A DNA stretch of 64,000 nt. Source: Camelus ferus. Taxonomy: Eukaryota. Both the position numbers and the translations under genes were made by a program. Below are positions 12,821-27,359 of the stretch, in pieces. The notes under the pieces were generated by a model, which was given only the letters and a program-made list of their open reading frames with translations, was not told the origin of the DNA and ran no database searches. The stretch lies in assembly GCF_009834535.1 (NCBI RefSeq), contig NC_045696.1, positions 111,168,001-111,232,000 on the forward strand, in the 5' to 3' direction. Numbering within the stretch: the stretch's first letter is position 1; every line of letters starts with the position of its first letter.

Positions 12821-14074
12821 GCACGGTTTGACACCAATAATACACACCTACATGTCTTGGAAGTAGGTAGTCCTCACAGACCATCCTTCCCTACCAATGT
12901 CTGCTCTAGAACAAGCCTGGAGAAGGCAAGCCAGGTTCTGGAAGACACACACATATTAACTAGCCACTTCAGAAACCTAAGTGAACCCTATCTTGGAAAC
13001 CACAGTTCAAAGAAAAGGATGATGCAATTGTCTGATGGTTCTGCTTCTATTAAATCAGCGTTAGAATGTTACCTATTTGCATCCATAAAATTCACTCCAT
13101 CTTTATTCTGTTTTGAATTTGCTGATTTATTTAAGAGAGCTAATTGTATCTAGTGCTAACATTTACTCTGAAAGACTTATCATGATCTGTTGCCGAAAAG
13201 GAAATAGATTCTGATCTGGCTAAATTAAATGAAACGGAATAAAGTTCTGGTTTAAAATTCACTGGCTTTGCAGCCATGGACTTCTGACACAAAGAAAAGA
13301 AAATTAATCTCTAATTATGATTTTTATGATTTAATAATCAGGAGGCACCGATAGATCATCTGTACCCAGAAACCAAAAACATAAGAAATCCTGGCCCCAG
13401 CAACACGAGCAAGACCCCGGTCATCCTTCTGTCTCACAATTCTGGATTCTCATCTCCCCTAAACTCTTGTGCTGAGGAGGAATGGAGTAGTATAATTAGG
13501 AGAGAAATTCTCTATTAACTCCAGCTAAAATTCAGAAGGAGAAAAATGCATGCAGCTGGAAAATGAAAACTCTAAGAAAAGTGAGGGCTTTAAAGAATGA
13601 TAAATAGGCTGGGATGAGGCAACCTAACAAGAAGAATCATGGTCTAAATCCAAGTGTAAAATTCTATGGTGAAACTGATGTCACCACGGAACACCTTTCC
13701 AAATGAAGAGCTAAATGTAAGAGGCGTCGGAAAATCATTTCAACCCAGATGGGCTGACACTTCAGAGAACAACCTGTGGGAAATCATATCACAAAACAGG
13801 AATGAATGAAGTCAGCTGATGGGTCGTCTACTAGTTTTTAGCTTCAACAGAATAGTCTATTTTCAAAAAGCCTAAAGAAAACAAATCCAAAAAGGTATTT
13901 TTGTCCTTTGTTTGTGTCCAAGCACAACTAGTTCTTCCTGAGGAAGCAGCAGATGTATAAAAATAGAGACTAAAGAAACATAAACTGGCTATTTACACAA
14001 TACTATTCAAAATTTAACAATGGTAATAGAAGGCATCTTTCTAATCTTTGCATCTGTCTGTACAGTTCTATGTA

Positions 14075-14470
14075 ATCTATAAAATTTCACATGCATTATC
14101 TCATTTCAACTTTCCAACAATCCTGGGAGGTTCCCAGGGCAGCATTAGGCTCATTTCACAGAGGATGGAATTAAGATAGAAAGACTAGAGGGCTTATGGC
14201 AGAATCTGAACTTGAACCCACATGTCCTTGCTGCATGTGGGTCCAGGAGAAGCATGATGCGAGAATGCTCAGCGGCCAGCCTGCCTGGATTCAAAATCTG
14301 AAGACTGCTGATTTGGAAAATGTACTTAACCTTTCTGGGACTCAGTTTCTTTATCCATAAAGTGGAGACAATAATAGCACCGACTTCATAAGGCTGATGT
14401 CAGGATAAAATGAGTGGATATTTGCAAAGCGCTCGGCACCCAGTAGGCATTATACATGTGGCTGTTATTA
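14075..14470. mobile_element. Two adjacent MIRs in opposite orientation
   Basis: About 14075-14230 is minus (ctcatttcacagaggatggaa..ctgaacttgaaccca). About 14255-14470 is plus (cctgcctggattcaaa..tacttaacctttctgggactcagtttctttatccataaagtggaga). Confidence 0.7.
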
Positions 14471-16024
14471 CCATAAGTAGAGATGTTTTGCTCCACCTCC
14501 CCTTTTACACATACAAATATTTTGTGAAGTCATGTTCCCAATAGTTATAATTGGGTATCTCAAAATTCCCAATGTACTATGCAAAATTATTAGCAAGTTA
14601 GCATCTGATCCCAACCCAGAGCCTTAATTTTCTCTTTAAAGGAGGGGCCATTTAAAGAATGCCATTCTGCTAGCTGTCCCGTGGGAGGGTAAAGTCAAGA
14701 TTAGCCTAAATTTGATAATCAGTACTATGATACACTCTAGAACTAAAGGTAGCCCCTCTCTTCCTGATTTTCTTTAATGTCTCGTTACTTACGAAAGCTC
14801 AAAAAAGGAGATGCAGCCTTACCTGTAACAACCCATAAAAATGAAAGTGTGAGTCATCCCACTCCGCGATTAGAAAAGCAGGCTCTGCCTGTCGATTCAT
14901 AGCTGAGCGAGCCCAGAAATGAATGAAAACTCAGGCCAGATGATCATCGCTCTGCACAACTCGGCCCAGAAGGCCACCTGGAACTTAATGAGTGCCTTGG
15001 CTGGAATTAAGAAGTATCAAGAGACTCCAACGAGAAAAAATAAAAGAGGAAAAGGAAAGTAACTTAATGAATCACTCTAATTCTGGAACTACTCAGCGCA
15101 GAAAGAAAGTACGAGTCTGTTTAAGTGACTAACACCGTCCATTCAGAGAAGTGACTTAGCAAATAATCAAGTTGGAATGTGACCATTCAGGATAAACCTG
15201 ACCTTCAACGAGAGAATGGCAGCTACAAGACGTGGCATTACGTGCCAGAGTCACTGACCAGCACTGTGGCAGCCCCCTGGTCACTTAGTCTGTGGCCAGA
15301 AAGTATATTTTAAAATTGAATGTAATTCAGAAAGCCTCAATCGGGCAGTGACTATACGTACCTGGCGTGATGGAAATTTCAAACATGGAGGTGATGCAGG
15401 CTGTTCCCTGGGGAGTGTATAGTCACACGTGGTGTGTGCTGGGATTGTAAACACCTATTTCAGTTTTTTGAAAAAAAAATTTTCATGCCTAAATGTCCTA
15501 CTTCATTAAGTCAGGAGAGGACAGAGCAGGGAGTTTGGGGTTCAGGAAGCACTCTCCAGGTAACAGTCCCCAGTGATACCAAAAACAAAACTTTGACCTT
15601 TAATGGTCTTCTAGCACTCTCACAAAGGCTACTGATTTGTATATACTCCGGATCCCTATAAAGAAGGTAAAAAGAAGGTAAGGTTTTGCAGCTCAGAGAC
15701 CTCAAATGAGGGGGCCATGCTTGCACAGGTATGAAGTAGCAGAAAACAGAACTTGAACTTCGACTCTATATCCCAGTCTAGGGCTTTGCCTACTCTCCCA
15801 TGCTAAGTCCCTAGTTGTTTACAAAGCATATCCACATACCTTACTTAGGGCTCATTTTGATCTTCAGTTACCCTATGGAGTGGAAAGCAGCAGGAGACAG
15901 AGATTCTGATTTTCAGATGAGAAACTTGCCAAGTAGCTCTGTGACGGGTTATCAACACCAAAATCTCAGTCTTTGGATTCCTAGACGGGGAAGCTTTCCT
16001 CTGCTTCCCTGATGAGAGTTCTCT

Positions 16025-16415
16025 CTAAAATCTTTGTCCTCTTCTTCCTGGATGTCGGGCTTGACTATATTTCACAGCCTTCTTTGCAACTAGGTATAGC
16101 CATAGGACTGAATTCTAGCCAATGAAATGGGAGTGTAAGGCGTGTACGCCTCTCCGAAGGCTTGGTCCATGAAAGCCCCCCAGGTTCACACCTCTAAGCC
16201 TGCTCCATGCTGGCTGACTGGAATGGAGATAACAATGACAAATCAGTGCCACCGCCAACCAAGGTCCCTGGGTGACTACACAGAGCGAAGTCCCCTTCCT
16301 CTTCCACGTCACCATCAACACCTCATTGGACAATCATGTGATTAAGAAATAAACTTGTGTTGGGTCATGCCACGTTTGGGTGGATCTGTTGTTGGATCTT
16401 CTTGGCTATGACACA
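16025..16415 (+). mobile_element. MaLR LTR (MLT1I/J-like)
   Basis: gactatatttcacagccttctttgcaactagg, gaattctagccaatgaaatg and aagaaataaacttgtgttg. Confidence 0.7.
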
Positions 16416-18374
16416 TGCCAGCTCATTTGGGGCAGCATCAGCACCATGCTCTCTTGCTCTGCTTCACAGAGACTCCAAATCCATCCCTGCAGGGATGCTC
16501 CCGGGCTCTCACAGCTCGCTGCACCAAAATAACGAGGGGGAGCTGGGCAAGCCGGCACATTCGGAGGCAGGGCAGAGCAGCAGATGAGACAAGGCTCTGA
16601 AGTCCGGCTCTATCATCTGCTAGCTAGCTGGTAGGTGGTCCCTCAGCCTCTCTGGTTTACTCATCTGTATCACAGTGATCATAAACAGCAATAACGTTGT
16701 GGTGAATTTTAAGCTATATCACAACTGAAGTGATATGCTTGGCACAGACCATGGCACATGGAGGACCCATGGTAACCAGGAGGCATCATTCATCTTTAGC
16801 TTGTGCACTGCTGAGCCCTCCTGTCACCACAACACAAGGAGAATGACAGCCGAAGGTGATATGGATGGTCTGTAATGGGGAAGTAGAGACAGGAGCTCTG
16901 CATTTGGCATTCTAAAGAGGACACAGCTGGGAAAGACAGTTAAGACAATTAAAAAGATAAAGGTAAGTGCCATTGATGCAAATGGGACAGATGAGTAAGT
17001 GAAATGAACAGAAGCGTACTTGTCTCCAGTACTACTGGCTTTCACTAATAATCCTGGGTCAGCTGTCAAGTAAGATCCACTTATCAGCAAACGCCTTAGT
17101 CATGCAATCGTAGGAGGCTCTAGATTGGGTTTTACTAACCGTCTACAAAACCAAAGACGCCTGTAGCCCAAATACAGACATGATTATGCCTCTTGTGGGT
17201 TCTGAGAGAACCCCAGAGGGTTACAGAGAATTTTATGCACTGGTCGCTGACTCTAAAGATAGGGTCGTACCATTTGCTCCATGACTGCAGGCTCACGCCT
17301 TCCATTACTTTCTCTGCTTAGTGATCTTAAAGCTTCACTTTGGGAAGTTCTCATTTCACACGGTGCTTCGTGAACATGACATAGACACACACATACACAC
17401 AGACACACACACACATACGCATATGGACACTGTAATTTTCTCATCGCTTCAATCCCAAACACCAAAATAAAATGTGCCCACATAAAATTATAGCCATGCA
17501 GAACATTATTTTCAAATTCCATGGTATTCCAAATTCTCACGTTATTCAGTATTGCATTTTAAAAATGATAACCTCTAAAACCAAGTCTATTTAGTTAAAT
17601 TGTATGTTACCAGTGAAGTTCATTCACACTGAGAACAAGCACCTTCTTCTCGGGGCTACCAAACCATCAGGAGCTGCCTTTTCTGCAGGCAGGATGAAAG
17701 GAAACGATTAGGTACGAGCGTGCCTTCCAAAGTTTGCTGTTGTGATTTTTACCGTGTTTCTCCGCCAATTCCTTCTAGACATCTCAGCATCCACCTGACA
17801 CATGGCAGACCCTGAGGGTATTCTCTGAGAAAACACTGACAGCACGCCCAGCACCCCGAGCAGATCCAACAAGGGCCGCTGGTCAAAGACCGGGCGTGTC
17901 CGTCCCTGAGCCGGCTGGTTCCCAGTACCTCTCCTCCATCCTCCCGGCCGCCGCCCTACTCAGCGCTACTCTGTCTTACACACCACTTGCCAGCGTCCTC
18001 TTCTCACAAAGGGACCAGGCCTCAAACTCAGAATGACTGGCCGGTGAGAGTGTGTAACAAGAACCACCTTGTTTTATTTTTATGGTAGTGGTTCCTAGGG
18101 TTGAGCTTCTACTTATGAAAAGTGATACCCGTCTCCCACTAAGACTTCATCAGCCTGGCGTCCAAGCCCCGACACAGCATTGCTCAGATACTCGCTCCTC
18201 TTTTACGGCAGCCGAGAAGAGCTTTACGCTGTCCCCCTGCGTGCTTTCTTACCTGTTTCTCGGCCTGTGTTTTCCCCTGGCCTAGAACGCCCTCCTTACT
18301 CCCTGTCAAAGAAGTCTTTGCTATTTCTCTTTTCTCAGACGTACTCCCAGAGCAATCTGCCTTTCTCATTTTAC

Positions 18375-18540
18375 AGTCGTGTATCAGAACTACCCGGGAG
18401 ATTTTTCACACTGCTGATGCCTTAGCCCCAGCTTTAGAAATCCTGGTTTAATGTGTATAGGGTGTAGCCTAGGCCTTGGAGGACTGTAGAAAATCTCCAG
18501 GAGTTTCCGGTCTGCAGCGAAGTTTGAGAACCATTGCCAT
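18375..18540. mobile_element. MER5-like hAT-Charlie MITE
   Basis: gtatcagaactacccgggag, ending ctccaggagtttccggtctgcagcgaagtttgagaaccattg. Confidence 0.7.
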
Positions 18541-20906
18541 AGACACTTGTGACCTCCCCTAGGTGCCCACTGCTGGACAGTTTCTTGTCTTTGCTCACCT
18601 TGGTAGAGACGGAATGGCAATGAGAAAGACTCGAGCACCCGTCTCAGCATCGTGGACTATCTGGGCCTGCTCTGGTTCCAGGACACCCAAATCTCTGATG
18701 GATTTTCAATCATGACTCTATTACGTTATAGCGCCGGTTATTAGAAACAGACCACCGGGAACAGGAAGGCATCACGACAGCTCAGCCAAGCTTTTGGCTG
18801 CTTCCCCATCTAGGAAATGCATCATGCAGACTATTTCAGATTGTTGATTAAACATGGGGAAAAAATAGCCATCTAGTGCCACAAAGTATGGACACCATAA
18901 ACTTTTTTCTCCCATAGCCACATGATATAATTCACCTCTACAAACCAAATGCTCTCGATTAGACGAACCATTGTTTTCAATATGGCGTCTTTCAGTACGG
19001 CTCTGCCTAACTGCTATATGGCACACACGTGGGTATGGTCTGTTCTCAGAAATAAACAGTTCAGAGTGCACTGAAATGCATGACATTATAATTCATAGCA
19101 AAATCTCACACCTGGCTACGAGCTATGATCAGAGAAAAAATTTAAGAGCCTAAAACACCCGGCATGATCAAGAACTCTCAAAAATCTCTGCTAGACTTTA
19201 GGTTAGCTTCCTGGTGTTTAAAAGACACTATAGGCTTTCTTTCCTATGAGTTCTTCCGTCTGACAGTTTACATGTTTTGTTTTATACTCCCATCTCTCTC
19301 AGCCTCCCAGGTTCTGAAATCGGTAAGAAATGACATGTCAGTTTCTCCTAAAACATGATTAATGACAGATCAATTTCTGCAACATCTGAACTCACATGTA
19401 TACCTAAGTCCATCCTTGAGAATATTTTAAATCAGTCTTTTTGCCATCCTTGTTACTCTGCCTGTAGAAAAATGACAGAAATCCCAGACTTCATGGAGAA
19501 ACTGTCCAGATATAAGCTGTGGTTAACACAGGGCAGTCGAACTAAGTGTCAGGAAGATGCAAGTCATTTTCCTTTCATTAATTCCCACGAGTATCTTCTT
19601 CTTCCCTCATTGTTCTGTCCCCACCTACGTTCAAGGTTTTTTAGCCAGTCTTTTAGGCACATTTGTTCTCTCTTCCTTAGTATATTCTCTGATACCTCCT
19701 TTGTTCTTTTATCTCACAAGCTCAGCCTCTGGTTTTGCGGTGACCTCTCCCTAAATGTGAATCTACCGGGGGCACAGTCATCCCTCCCCCTCCTCCTTGA
19801 CCCTGACAACCTTGCTTGCGTTGGCTGCAGTGGAAGCAAATCCTTCTGGAAACAGATTCTCTCACATTAACGATACAGGTGTATGCCGTGATAAAAACAG
19901 GCATGCTTGTGGACAAGAATGGGAAGGGGAAGGATCCAGAAAGACAAATGGAATCTACTTTGTAGTACTGTGATACTTATGGAGATGCTTTGTTTACTTT
20001 CCCTAGTGTTATTATAACTTTGTTATGTTGTTATAATTTGTTAGTAGAATTGTAAACTTTTGAATAAAAAAAGCATGCAACTTTTTAAAAAAGTTGACTT
20101 AACAGCTCTAAAACATCTGTCGATTTTTTTTTTATACTCTTTGAATTGAGTGAGACAGAAAATAATGAGTAAGTTTGCAGAGGTGGACTTAATTTGCTAC
20201 ATGGACATCTGAAGCTGGCCCGTCCACCTTGTGCACAGTTGAGTCTGTGGACTAGAGGCTTCTCACACATCCTTCCCCAGGGGGGGCGTCTTTATTCTTG
20301 CAGAATCTGAGCCGACATCGCTCCCCCACCTCTCCGGAGCCCTGCGTTAGGTTCCCCAGCTCTTCTGTGCTATTCCTTTTTCTCTTCCGCCCTACTTCAC
20401 AGCTGTGCGGTGACATCCAACACTTCCCGGCGGCATATGCTGGCAGGAGCAGGTGCCAGAGCAGCAGAGAGGGTGAGAAATGGAGAGGATCCCACGAAGG
20501 GCTGGGTTCTGCCTCGCAGGCCCCAGCTCTCCTTCCTTCCTCACCCCGGGGACTGGGCGGGCCCAGGTGATCACACTGTTGCTTTCATTTTCGCATCTAT
20601 AAAATAGCTTTTTGAGAATCCATATCGAGATAATCCATATTCAAGGGCCTAACTACAGTCAATTCTCACTATATGGTAAGTTTTTACTACCCTGCCACCT
20701 TCTGAGTTAGGTTTGCGGGTTAAAGTGATGGGTAGGTAAGTTGGGACAATGTTCCCTTTACTTCAAGAAAACCACATTCTTTAAGATAGGCAAAAGTTAC
20801 TTCTGTAACCCATCTGAAGGGCTGTTCATTCTCCCCACTTTGGATGGGCTCCAGAGAGAAGAAGCGAAATGAAAGGTCTCTGTGGGATTTATTCTGATGC
20901 TTCTGT

Positions 20907-21240
20907 CATTCATTCATTCACTCACTCATTCATTCATTCATTCCTTCATTCATTCACTCAACAAATACTTGTTGAGCATCAACCACATGCCAGATGATCT
21001 GACAGGTGCCCAGGATACAGCATCAAAAAAGCGCATTTCCTGACCCCATGGAACCTGAGACTAGCAGAGGGGACACATTCTAACAAGGGAACACACACAC
21101 CACCACACACACACACACACACGCTCATGTATAATGTATCAGGATGTGATAAACTCAATGGAGAAAAACTAACTGGGGTCAGAATGACGCAGAGCGGGGC
21201 AGGAGGAGGGAGGGGAGTGATTAACCTTGCAGGTGGCCGA
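20907..21240 (-). mobile_element. L2 3' end with expanded (TTCA)n tail and an internal (CA)n
   Basis: cattcattcattca..ctcaacaaatacttgttgagcatcaaccacatgccag is the characteristic L2 terminus. Confidence 0.8.
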
Positions 21241-21439
21241 TGGAAAAGGCCTCTCTGGTGCAGTGGCATCTGTGCAGACCCTTCTCTGGAGACCTTCTTG
21301 GAAACTGTTCTTCAGGAAAACAAGCTCACTAATGCACAGGAATCCTTAGCATCGATGACTCTCCGGGTAAGCTGGTTTTAACATACCCCTCGGCTAGATG
21401 AAAAAAGGATGTTCAGTGATAATCACGGAACGGAACAAA

Positions 21440-22023
21440 TCTATTTCATGTGTAAACTAAAATGTGCCCTCATCAAACAAAATCGTGTACTTGAAGTACC
21501 CAAATGTTAAACACAAATAAAAACCGTGAGCGGTCGCAGCGTATGACAGAAATACTGTAACTCAAGGTGTGTTCATTTTTACCACCATTGTGTTCTTGTT
21601 GTTTATTCCAAATCTATCATTTAAATGCAGCCATATCACAGGTGCTGGAGACGTGAGCTGTGCCTGAAGCAAGAGAAGGGTCCCAGGACAGCTCTGCCCT
21701 TGCGGAGCGGATGACTGAGGTCCTGTGAGACGTCTGCATACGTGGGACTTCTCCAAACTGACCCCCACGTAGAATACAGAGTTTATTAAATAGTGATAAT
21801 AATGTGTTAATTGGGAACTTATGAATATCATTAAAATTTAACAGTAACCACAGCAACACCTATTTTGGGGAGAAAAACATTATTTTATCACTGACATTAT
21901 TTAGAAGTGCCAGTGTTTGGTGATAATTACAAGCAGAACAATTCTAAGATCATTTTACAATAGTTTAAAATTCTCGGTGTGTCTGCTTTCGCCTGCCCCA
22001 CCGCCCCCCAAGACATGCCACTG
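21440..22023 (-). mobile_element. MER97-like hAT-Tip100 DNA transposon fossil
   Basis: Reverse complement starts cagtggcat and contains ttctaaataatgtcagtgataaaata, ttgctgtggttactgttaaattttaat and tttaataaactctgtattctac, matching recalled MER97 landmarks. Confidence 0.7.
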
Positions 22024-22299
22024 ACAGGCTGAGATGGGTGACCCCTCTCCCCTCATTTCCAGATCTAGCATGATTCCTTCTTTCAAATATGTTTCATGCT
22101 GTTGTTCATGGATCTTTCAGAACCCGGAATACAACAGCTCATATCCTGAAAGTAAAGTGATCAGACACCATTGCTGAAGCTCAACAGAAAAGCTCATTTG
22201 ACTCCTTAGAAACGGAAGCCACTCAGCCTTTTTGTTTATTAGAAAGAGCATCATCCCACTTTTGAGAGCAATTAACAGACATTACTAATACCTGAGATG

Positions 22300-22900
22300 T
22301 GGAAGCAGGCAAGCTAGGCAGTGACCAGGGGGTACACAGAGTTATCAGATGTGGTCTGGGACCTTAAGACATATAGTCTTGGACACAGCTTATAAAAGGC
22401 GAAAAACAGAGCTAATTAATTCAAGAGATAGAAGTTTACTTTAAAAAGGAGAGATTACTTTAATCAGGAGTGGTCAAGGAAAACTTCTGCTTGAGTATTT
22501 GACCCAGCTTTCAAAAGGATGCAGTAACACTGGGTAAGAAAAGAGGAAGAGGAGAGAGAAAATGTACAGTGTGCTGAAGGGTCAACCAACAGCTGGGACG
22601 ATGGCACAACATGACACTGAGATGCACCACGACACAGATCAGGAGTAGAACGGGCCTTGGGTGGCCTTGAGCGCCTGGTGAAGGAATTTGACTTTATAAA
22701 TAGCTGAGGGTCACCAACTGCTTTAAAGGAAGAGCTAACCCACTCAAAGTGGTATTTTCAAAACATGAATCTGGTGGCAATATAAAGTAAGAACTGACGT
22801 AGAAGAAGGGGTTTGTAAAGAAGGAACAAATCTGGTGCGTAAAGGCAAAAAAATGATAAAGACCTGAGCTGCGGAAATTCTCCTTCAGATACAATGGAAA
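22300..22900 (-). mobile_element. Degenerate L2 fragment
   Basis: ggagtggtcaagggaaaacttc, ggccttgagcgcctggtgaaggaatttgactttat and gataaagacctgagct. Confidence 0.5.
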
Positions 22901-23389
22901 TGTACGACGTGAGACAAGGGGTCAAACACCACAAACTTAAAACTCTAGAGTTTGAGTTTATTTTTACTTGGAGAATATAAAGGTAAGAGCATGGGGAAAA
23001 CAGTCACACAGCTGGCCTCTAGGAAAGCTGTCTTCAATGGAACGTCGTAGTCTTCTGAATCGAAGATGAAATACTCTGAACTGAAGAGTCCAGAAGAAAC
23101 AGCATAGAGAAGTCAGAGGAACGCGGAATTCTCTTTGAACGTTAGAGCTCAAATGTTAGTTTCTCCACAAAAGCTAACACAAGCTCTCCATCCTCCAAAA
23201 CAAGCAAACAAGTAAAAAGAGTCACTTGTCTAATGTTCAGGAGATTCTGTGTGGTGGTGGGACCCCCTCTCCCCGGGACAGCCTGGCCTTGAGTCAGACG
23301 CTGCAAAGTGAAACCCTGGGGCCCCTTCATAGGATCTGCCTTCTCTTTCGAACTCTTTTCTTGAACATGTAAGCAACTTCAATTGAAAA

Positions 23390-23735
23390 AAAATTTTAAA
23401 AGACACTAATGAACACCTACAAAACATCACAGACATAGTAAACAAACTTAACAATTATTCGGGGGAAAGGGGGTGAGAAGGGATAAATTGGGAGTTTGAG
23501 ATTTGCAGATACTAACTAGTATATATAAAATAGATAAACAAGTTTATACTGTACAGCACAGGGAAATACAGTCAATATCTTGTAGTGACCTATAATGCAA
23601 AAGAGTATGAAATCGAATATATGCATGTGTATGGATGGCTGAAACACTGTGCTGTACACCAGAAATTGATATATTGTAACTGACTATACTTCAATACAAA
23701 AATTAAATTTTAAATTTAAAAAAAAGAAAAAAAGA
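23390..23735 (+). mobile_element. L1 3' end, young family, with A tail
   Basis: gacactaatgaacacctacaaaac, gggataaattgggagtttgagatttgcagatac and tgtaactgactatacttcaat, then an A-rich tail. Confidence 0.92.
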
Positions 23736-25239
23736 GTTGCATTTTAATCCTCTGAGTGAGCTGTATTTCTCTTGTGCTAATTAATTCATCTCTCCTCTTT
23801 AAAGCTTCCTATAAGAACCCTTGAGGTCTCCAGAAAAGAAAAGTGCCCTGTTCTTATTTGTGAGTTGACTTAAGGGATAAGTGCAAATCTAAGAGAATTT
23901 TTATCCAGTCAATATATTTATCCTTATTACAGATAATTTGTTGATTTGAAGGCATAGTCCGTATTAGAAATTTGGTGTTCCAATTTTCATCCTAATTTAA
24001 GTCACTCAAATTAAAAAGTATATAATTAAAACATTCGTGCACCAAGCATCAAAATCCTTGTACTATATACTTTTATTTTCAGTGAATGTGAGCATTTATG
24101 TGAGGGTTCCTCTGTAGGTTTGCGAAAGAGGCCCCCTGTCCCAGGCAGCAGGCGGGGGAGAGGAACAGAGTGGTTGCTCATTTTCTGACTCAGTTTACCA
24201 AAATCATTACTAAAGAGAGCGACTATTCATTTTGAGAGCCACAGGTAATCCAGGATTTGGTTTTATTTTCTTCAACTAGAGATTTCAGTTTCCACTGAAA
24301 CTTGAACCCCTTTTAAGGGCGTTCACCCTCTGAGACCAGCGCCGTTCATTGCCTGATTCAGTCTCTCTCAGGGTGATTTTCACGCTTCTGAAAAAACACA
24401 TCTTGCCAAACATGCATAATGGACTGAGATTCTTGAAACTCCCTTCATGTCCCTCCACAATTCAAATCAAGCTCTTTCAAAGCCAATATACTGCATCTTG
24501 ATTGAAGCCTGGAAAGGTTACCAATAGTAAAGGTGGAAAAGTCTCCACAAAAGCAGGTAGATGGAAGAAACAACCCTTACATGGCACCCAGGATGCGCCG
24601 CGCACAACCCTTACCAGACGCGCTCAGAGGCTCGTTTTGGCACTGCCCTCCTTGACCACAGCTCTGCTGTCTTGAAGGGACACAAGCTGTGGTCACCTCT
24701 GAGCCGAACCCTCCGCATTTATGTCCACCTCCCCCCCAAGCCAGGCACGTGATGTCATTTTCTTTAAGCCAGACTTGGCACAGGGAAGCGGTGTGTAGCT
24801 TGAATACTGGGCATCGCTGAAATGCTGCCCGCTCTGTGTGCTCTCAGCCCTGAAGCCGCACCTGTGAATGGCTTGCTGACCACCGATTTCTGAGCAGGAG
24901 GATTTTCCCTCTTGCTTTGAATCCCTCCAAGTTTCATTTGAAACTCCTGCTAATGAGATGTGTCAGGAGTTAAATCACATGCCAGAAATGCCAGATCTCC
25001 ACGGAACAGTCTATAGTCATAGAGAATATACTCACGTTCTGCAAGAATTATGAAGAGGATGCCTTGGTCTGGGGCAACAGGAAAGGAGTGCTTCACAGAC
25101 GAGGTAGGGAAGACTTAATGATGTGTTATTTGCATAGGGTTTACAGTTTCCAAAGTACTCTCAGAAACCTGGTATCACCTCATCTTCGGAACAGCCCTGG
25201 GAAGCCCTTCCATCTCCAGTGGAGTTCCGGCAACTTCCA

Positions 25240-25660
25240 TGCAACAAATACTTGTGGAGCAACGAGTATGTACCAGGAACTAGTTCACCCACAATAGTCA
25301 AGGCCTCTGAGCCCACAAAGCTCAGGGTGGACAGGACAGAAAATGAAAACAAACAAAGCCATCATCAAGGTAACTCGGGACAGTGAGAGAAGCCATGGGG
25401 AAGACGATCAGGGCAATGTGTCAGAGTGACCAAGATGCAGGGCTGCCCGGAGTGGTGACATCTGAGCCGAGCACGGGAAGCGGTGAGCAGCAAGCCATGG
25501 GGTGATCTGTGGGAGGGCCACCCCGAGCAGCAGCAAGTGCACGATCAGCAGCTTTGAAGCAGGAATGTGCTTCCCCGTGCTCTGCAAACAGAACAAGGGC
25601 CAGCACGACTGACTGCAGCTGAGGGGAGGCTGGCGCGCAACCAAGCTTAAAGCAACAAGA
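25240..25660 (-). mobile_element. L2 3' fragment
   Basis: gcaacaaatacttgtggagcaacgagtatgtaccagg, ggtgacatctgagccgagcac and gagcagcagcaagtgcac. Confidence 0.6.
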
Positions 25661-27359
25661 TGAGGGAGAAGCAGGGGGCGGGGCTCTTGTCTGCTGAGTG
25701 TTTACTCTGGGCCAGGCCTTGAGCCAAGATCACAGTTGTAAGTGGCGGGGCTGGGACTCAAACCAGGTTCTCTGACTCGAAACCCCTTATGTGTTATCTA
25801 TCGTACACCGTGCTGCCTGGCCCACACCCTGCCATCTGGAAGGCCGGCTTTCGTGCACCTCGGTGGGATCGGGGGAAATAAAAGGAACGCTGATATTCTG
25901 AAACCTACATAGGATCCTTTACACCTCCCAGCCCATCTCCTGAGTGATTTTATATGAGCGACTTCCTTTTGGCCTGAATTTTAAAAATTGGAATTTCTCT
26001 AATGCTAAGCAATACTGTCTTTCCTGCCTATCCTTGGTGGCCTCTGGGCTGGAGTATCAGCTGACTGGTTCTACACTCTGGGATAAATTCAAGCACTGCA
26101 GATAGAATATAATTATCAGATGAAACTGGAAAGGTGACTGAAAAAGAAAAAATAAAACATATTTAATGCCTCCAGGAAATGAATCTAAATGGATCCTGGT
26201 AGGTGTTACAAGGAAGACGTAATAGAAGTTCTTTCCCCCACCCTCCTTTAAGCAAGTTTGAATATTCTCTGTGTCACTGCTTTTACATGAACTCAGATTG
26301 CTTTAGAAACCTGTCATAGTGAATTAGCAAAAGCAGCTAGTAACTCAGAGGGGTGCCGGGGGGGCATTACTGAAAATCGCTGGTTGGGAGTCTCCCTGAA
26401 GCATTATTCAGGGACAGTAACTCTAGTTTCATCTCCACGTGTCAGTGTGAGCAAACGATGGGCTTGCTCTGGTTTTGGGGTTTAACTTTCTTAAAAGTCC
26501 ACCATAAAGATGAAAAGGGCACAGAGAATGTCTACCTTCATCACCAAGAGAGTGAAGACAGGTGCGCACCCAGTCTCGGCCCCGCCCTGGGGTCGCTTGG
26601 CATGGATGAACCAGAAGCACCAGACCCCGGGGGGCAGCCCAGCAGAACAGTCACGTTTCAGAAGATCCTTGACCTTGACATCAGGGGAAACTCAAAGGCT
26701 GGGAGAATCAGGAATAAATAACAGAAACATGGAAAAAAAAAAAATTCCTCCCCGAGATGTTAACGATCGGTCATCTCCTTGGAGAAGCCACCCTATTGCC
26801 TCATCATCCTCCGTCTCATGTTACCCTCATAAACCTTCCTTTACAAGACTCAGCAAGTTCTGAAATTGCCCCATCATCTCATTACCTGCTTAGCTGCTTC
26901 TATCCCTCCCACTCCAGAACATAATCTCCATGAGAAGTGGGATCTCAACTGTCTTCCATCAGCTCCTAAGAACAATGCCCGGAGGACAGTGGGCACTCAA
27001 CGAAGATTTACTAAAGGACTTCTGAATTCACAACAATCTTATTACACCAGAGCAGAGGCTATTCTGTGTGGAACAGTATTGTCTCTAACAGCTGTAACAG
27101 TAAAGCCTGGGCAAACTAGAATCAAGGCAGCCACCCTGGACCACCCTTGGCTCTGCTGACCAGAGACCGGCTTTATGTCCAGTGGTTACGTGGAGGAGGG
27201 GATCTTAGCTGCGGAGCAACTGCAGGTCTCTGTGCAAGGTAAGGATGCTCCTCAGTCAGGTCAAGAAGAAAATGTAATCCAAATTCTCCACACTTAACTT
27301 CTTGATCGACATGATGAAAGTCTTAGATTATCTCTCAGATTTCTCTATTTTACAAGTTA

